33,771 nucleotides of DNA, from positions 43,854,766 through 43,888,536 of the forward strand of contig NC_057728.1 in assembly GCF_004010195.1 (NCBI RefSeq), written 5' to 3'. Below the pieces are notes generated by a model. It saw only the letters and a program-made list of their open reading frames with translations, did not search any database and was not told where the DNA came from. Positions 32,695 through 33,771 of this stretch are shown one piece after another; within the stretch, counting starts at the first letter, position 1; the number at the start of each line of letters is the position of its first letter. The stretch comes from Chiloscyllium plagiosum. Lineage: Eukaryota. The position numbers and the translations under genes were made by a program.

Positions 32695-33771
32695 TTCTGA
32701 GTTGGGGGGGAAGGGAAAGTGAAAGCGACAGGGAGCATGGAGTTAAATGGAAAGATAAGCGGCAGGATAGCATATGTGCAGGCAGATTTAAACTTGAGAC
32801 AGACTGGGAATGCAGCAAAAAGGAAGGATAACTTAGGACATCTTATGACTTCCAATATCTCTAATGATAAGAAAGTTAACATTAAGGCACTTTACCTGAA
32901 TGCTCGTAGCATTCATAACAAAGCAGATGAACTAATGGCACAGATCATCGTGAATGATTATGATGCGGTAGGCATCACAGAGACATGGTTGCAGGGGGGG
33001 TCAGGACTGGCAGTTAAACATCCAAGGGTTTCCAACTTATCGAAAAGACAGGGAGGTGGGCACAGGGGGCGGGGTTGCCTTGTTAGTTAAGAACAAAATT
33101 AAATCTATGACACTGAATGACATAGCGTCGGATGATGTGGAATCTGTGTGGGTGGAATTAAGGAACCACAAAGGCAAAAAAACCATAATGGGAGTTATGT
33201 ACAGACCTCCTAACAGTGGTCAGGACCAGGGGCGCAACATGTACCAGGAAATAGAGAAGGCATGTCAGAAAGGCAAGGTCACAGTGATCATGGGAGACTT
33301 CAATATGCAGGTGGACTGGGTAAATAATGTTGCCAGTGGATCCAAAGAAAGGGAATTCATGGAATGCTTACAGGATGGCTTTTTGGAACAGCTTGTCATG
33401 GAGCCCACAAGGGAGCAGGCTATTCTGGACCTAGTGCTATGTAATGAACCAGACTTTATAAAAAATCTTAAAGTAAGGGAACACTTAGGAAGCAGCGATC
33501 ATAATATGGTAGAGTTCAGCCTGCAGTTTGAAAGAGAGAAGGCAAAATCGGATGTAATGGTGTTACAGTGAAATAAAGGTAATTATGAGGGCATGAGAGA
33601 GGAACTGACGAAAATAGACTGGAAGCAGAGCCTAGCAGGGAAGACAGTAGAGCAAAAATGGCAGGAGTTTGTGGATAAAATTGAGGACACTGTACAGAGG
33701 TTCATCCACAAGAAGAGAAAGATTATCCGGGGAGGGATTAGACAGCCATGGCTGACAAAGAAAGTCAGGAA
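32695..33771 (+). mobile_element. CR1-clade LINE, start of ORF2 (APE endonuclease), running off the window
   Basis: LYLNARSI, VGITETWL, GGGVALLVK, GVMYRPP, MGDFN, ILDLVL and SDHNMV; frameshift in the G-run near 33000 and a stop at 33569. Confidence 0.93.

Noticed and set aside
1..33771. CRISPR array or prokaryotic operon
   Set aside because: No regularly spaced repeats or gene-dense organisation; the content is vertebrate introns and retroelements.

Overview
Vertebrate genomic DNA, most likely a shark or other elasmobranch (inferred from HE1-like SINEs, CR1/HER1-type LINEs and these Penelope-like elements), with two N-gaps (17705-18313, 28248-28348). A spliced minus-strand gene can be read exon by exon from about 14800 down to 1039 using GT-AG sites and matching intron phases. 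It ends in an ankyrin-repeat-like segment, I cannot name it, and it shows signs of decay (a stop-bearing exon, and a stop or frameshift in the 9.7 kb exon). The rest is mostly mobile DNA. A ~10 kb Gmr1-type Gypsy element (20677-30794; tRNA-Pro PBS, SCAN-like gag, integrase before RT) appears to sit inside a Harbinger-like Myb/SANT remnant. It carries three Penelope-like insertions with 14-15 bp TSDs, a small Penelope-type piece, an HE1 SINE and a CR1. Minimal hammerhead ribozyme motifs recur across the window, often as inverted pairs, including in a ~200 bp palindromic non-coding element. Several local template-switch rearrangements are also visible. All calls were made by eye; no searches were run.
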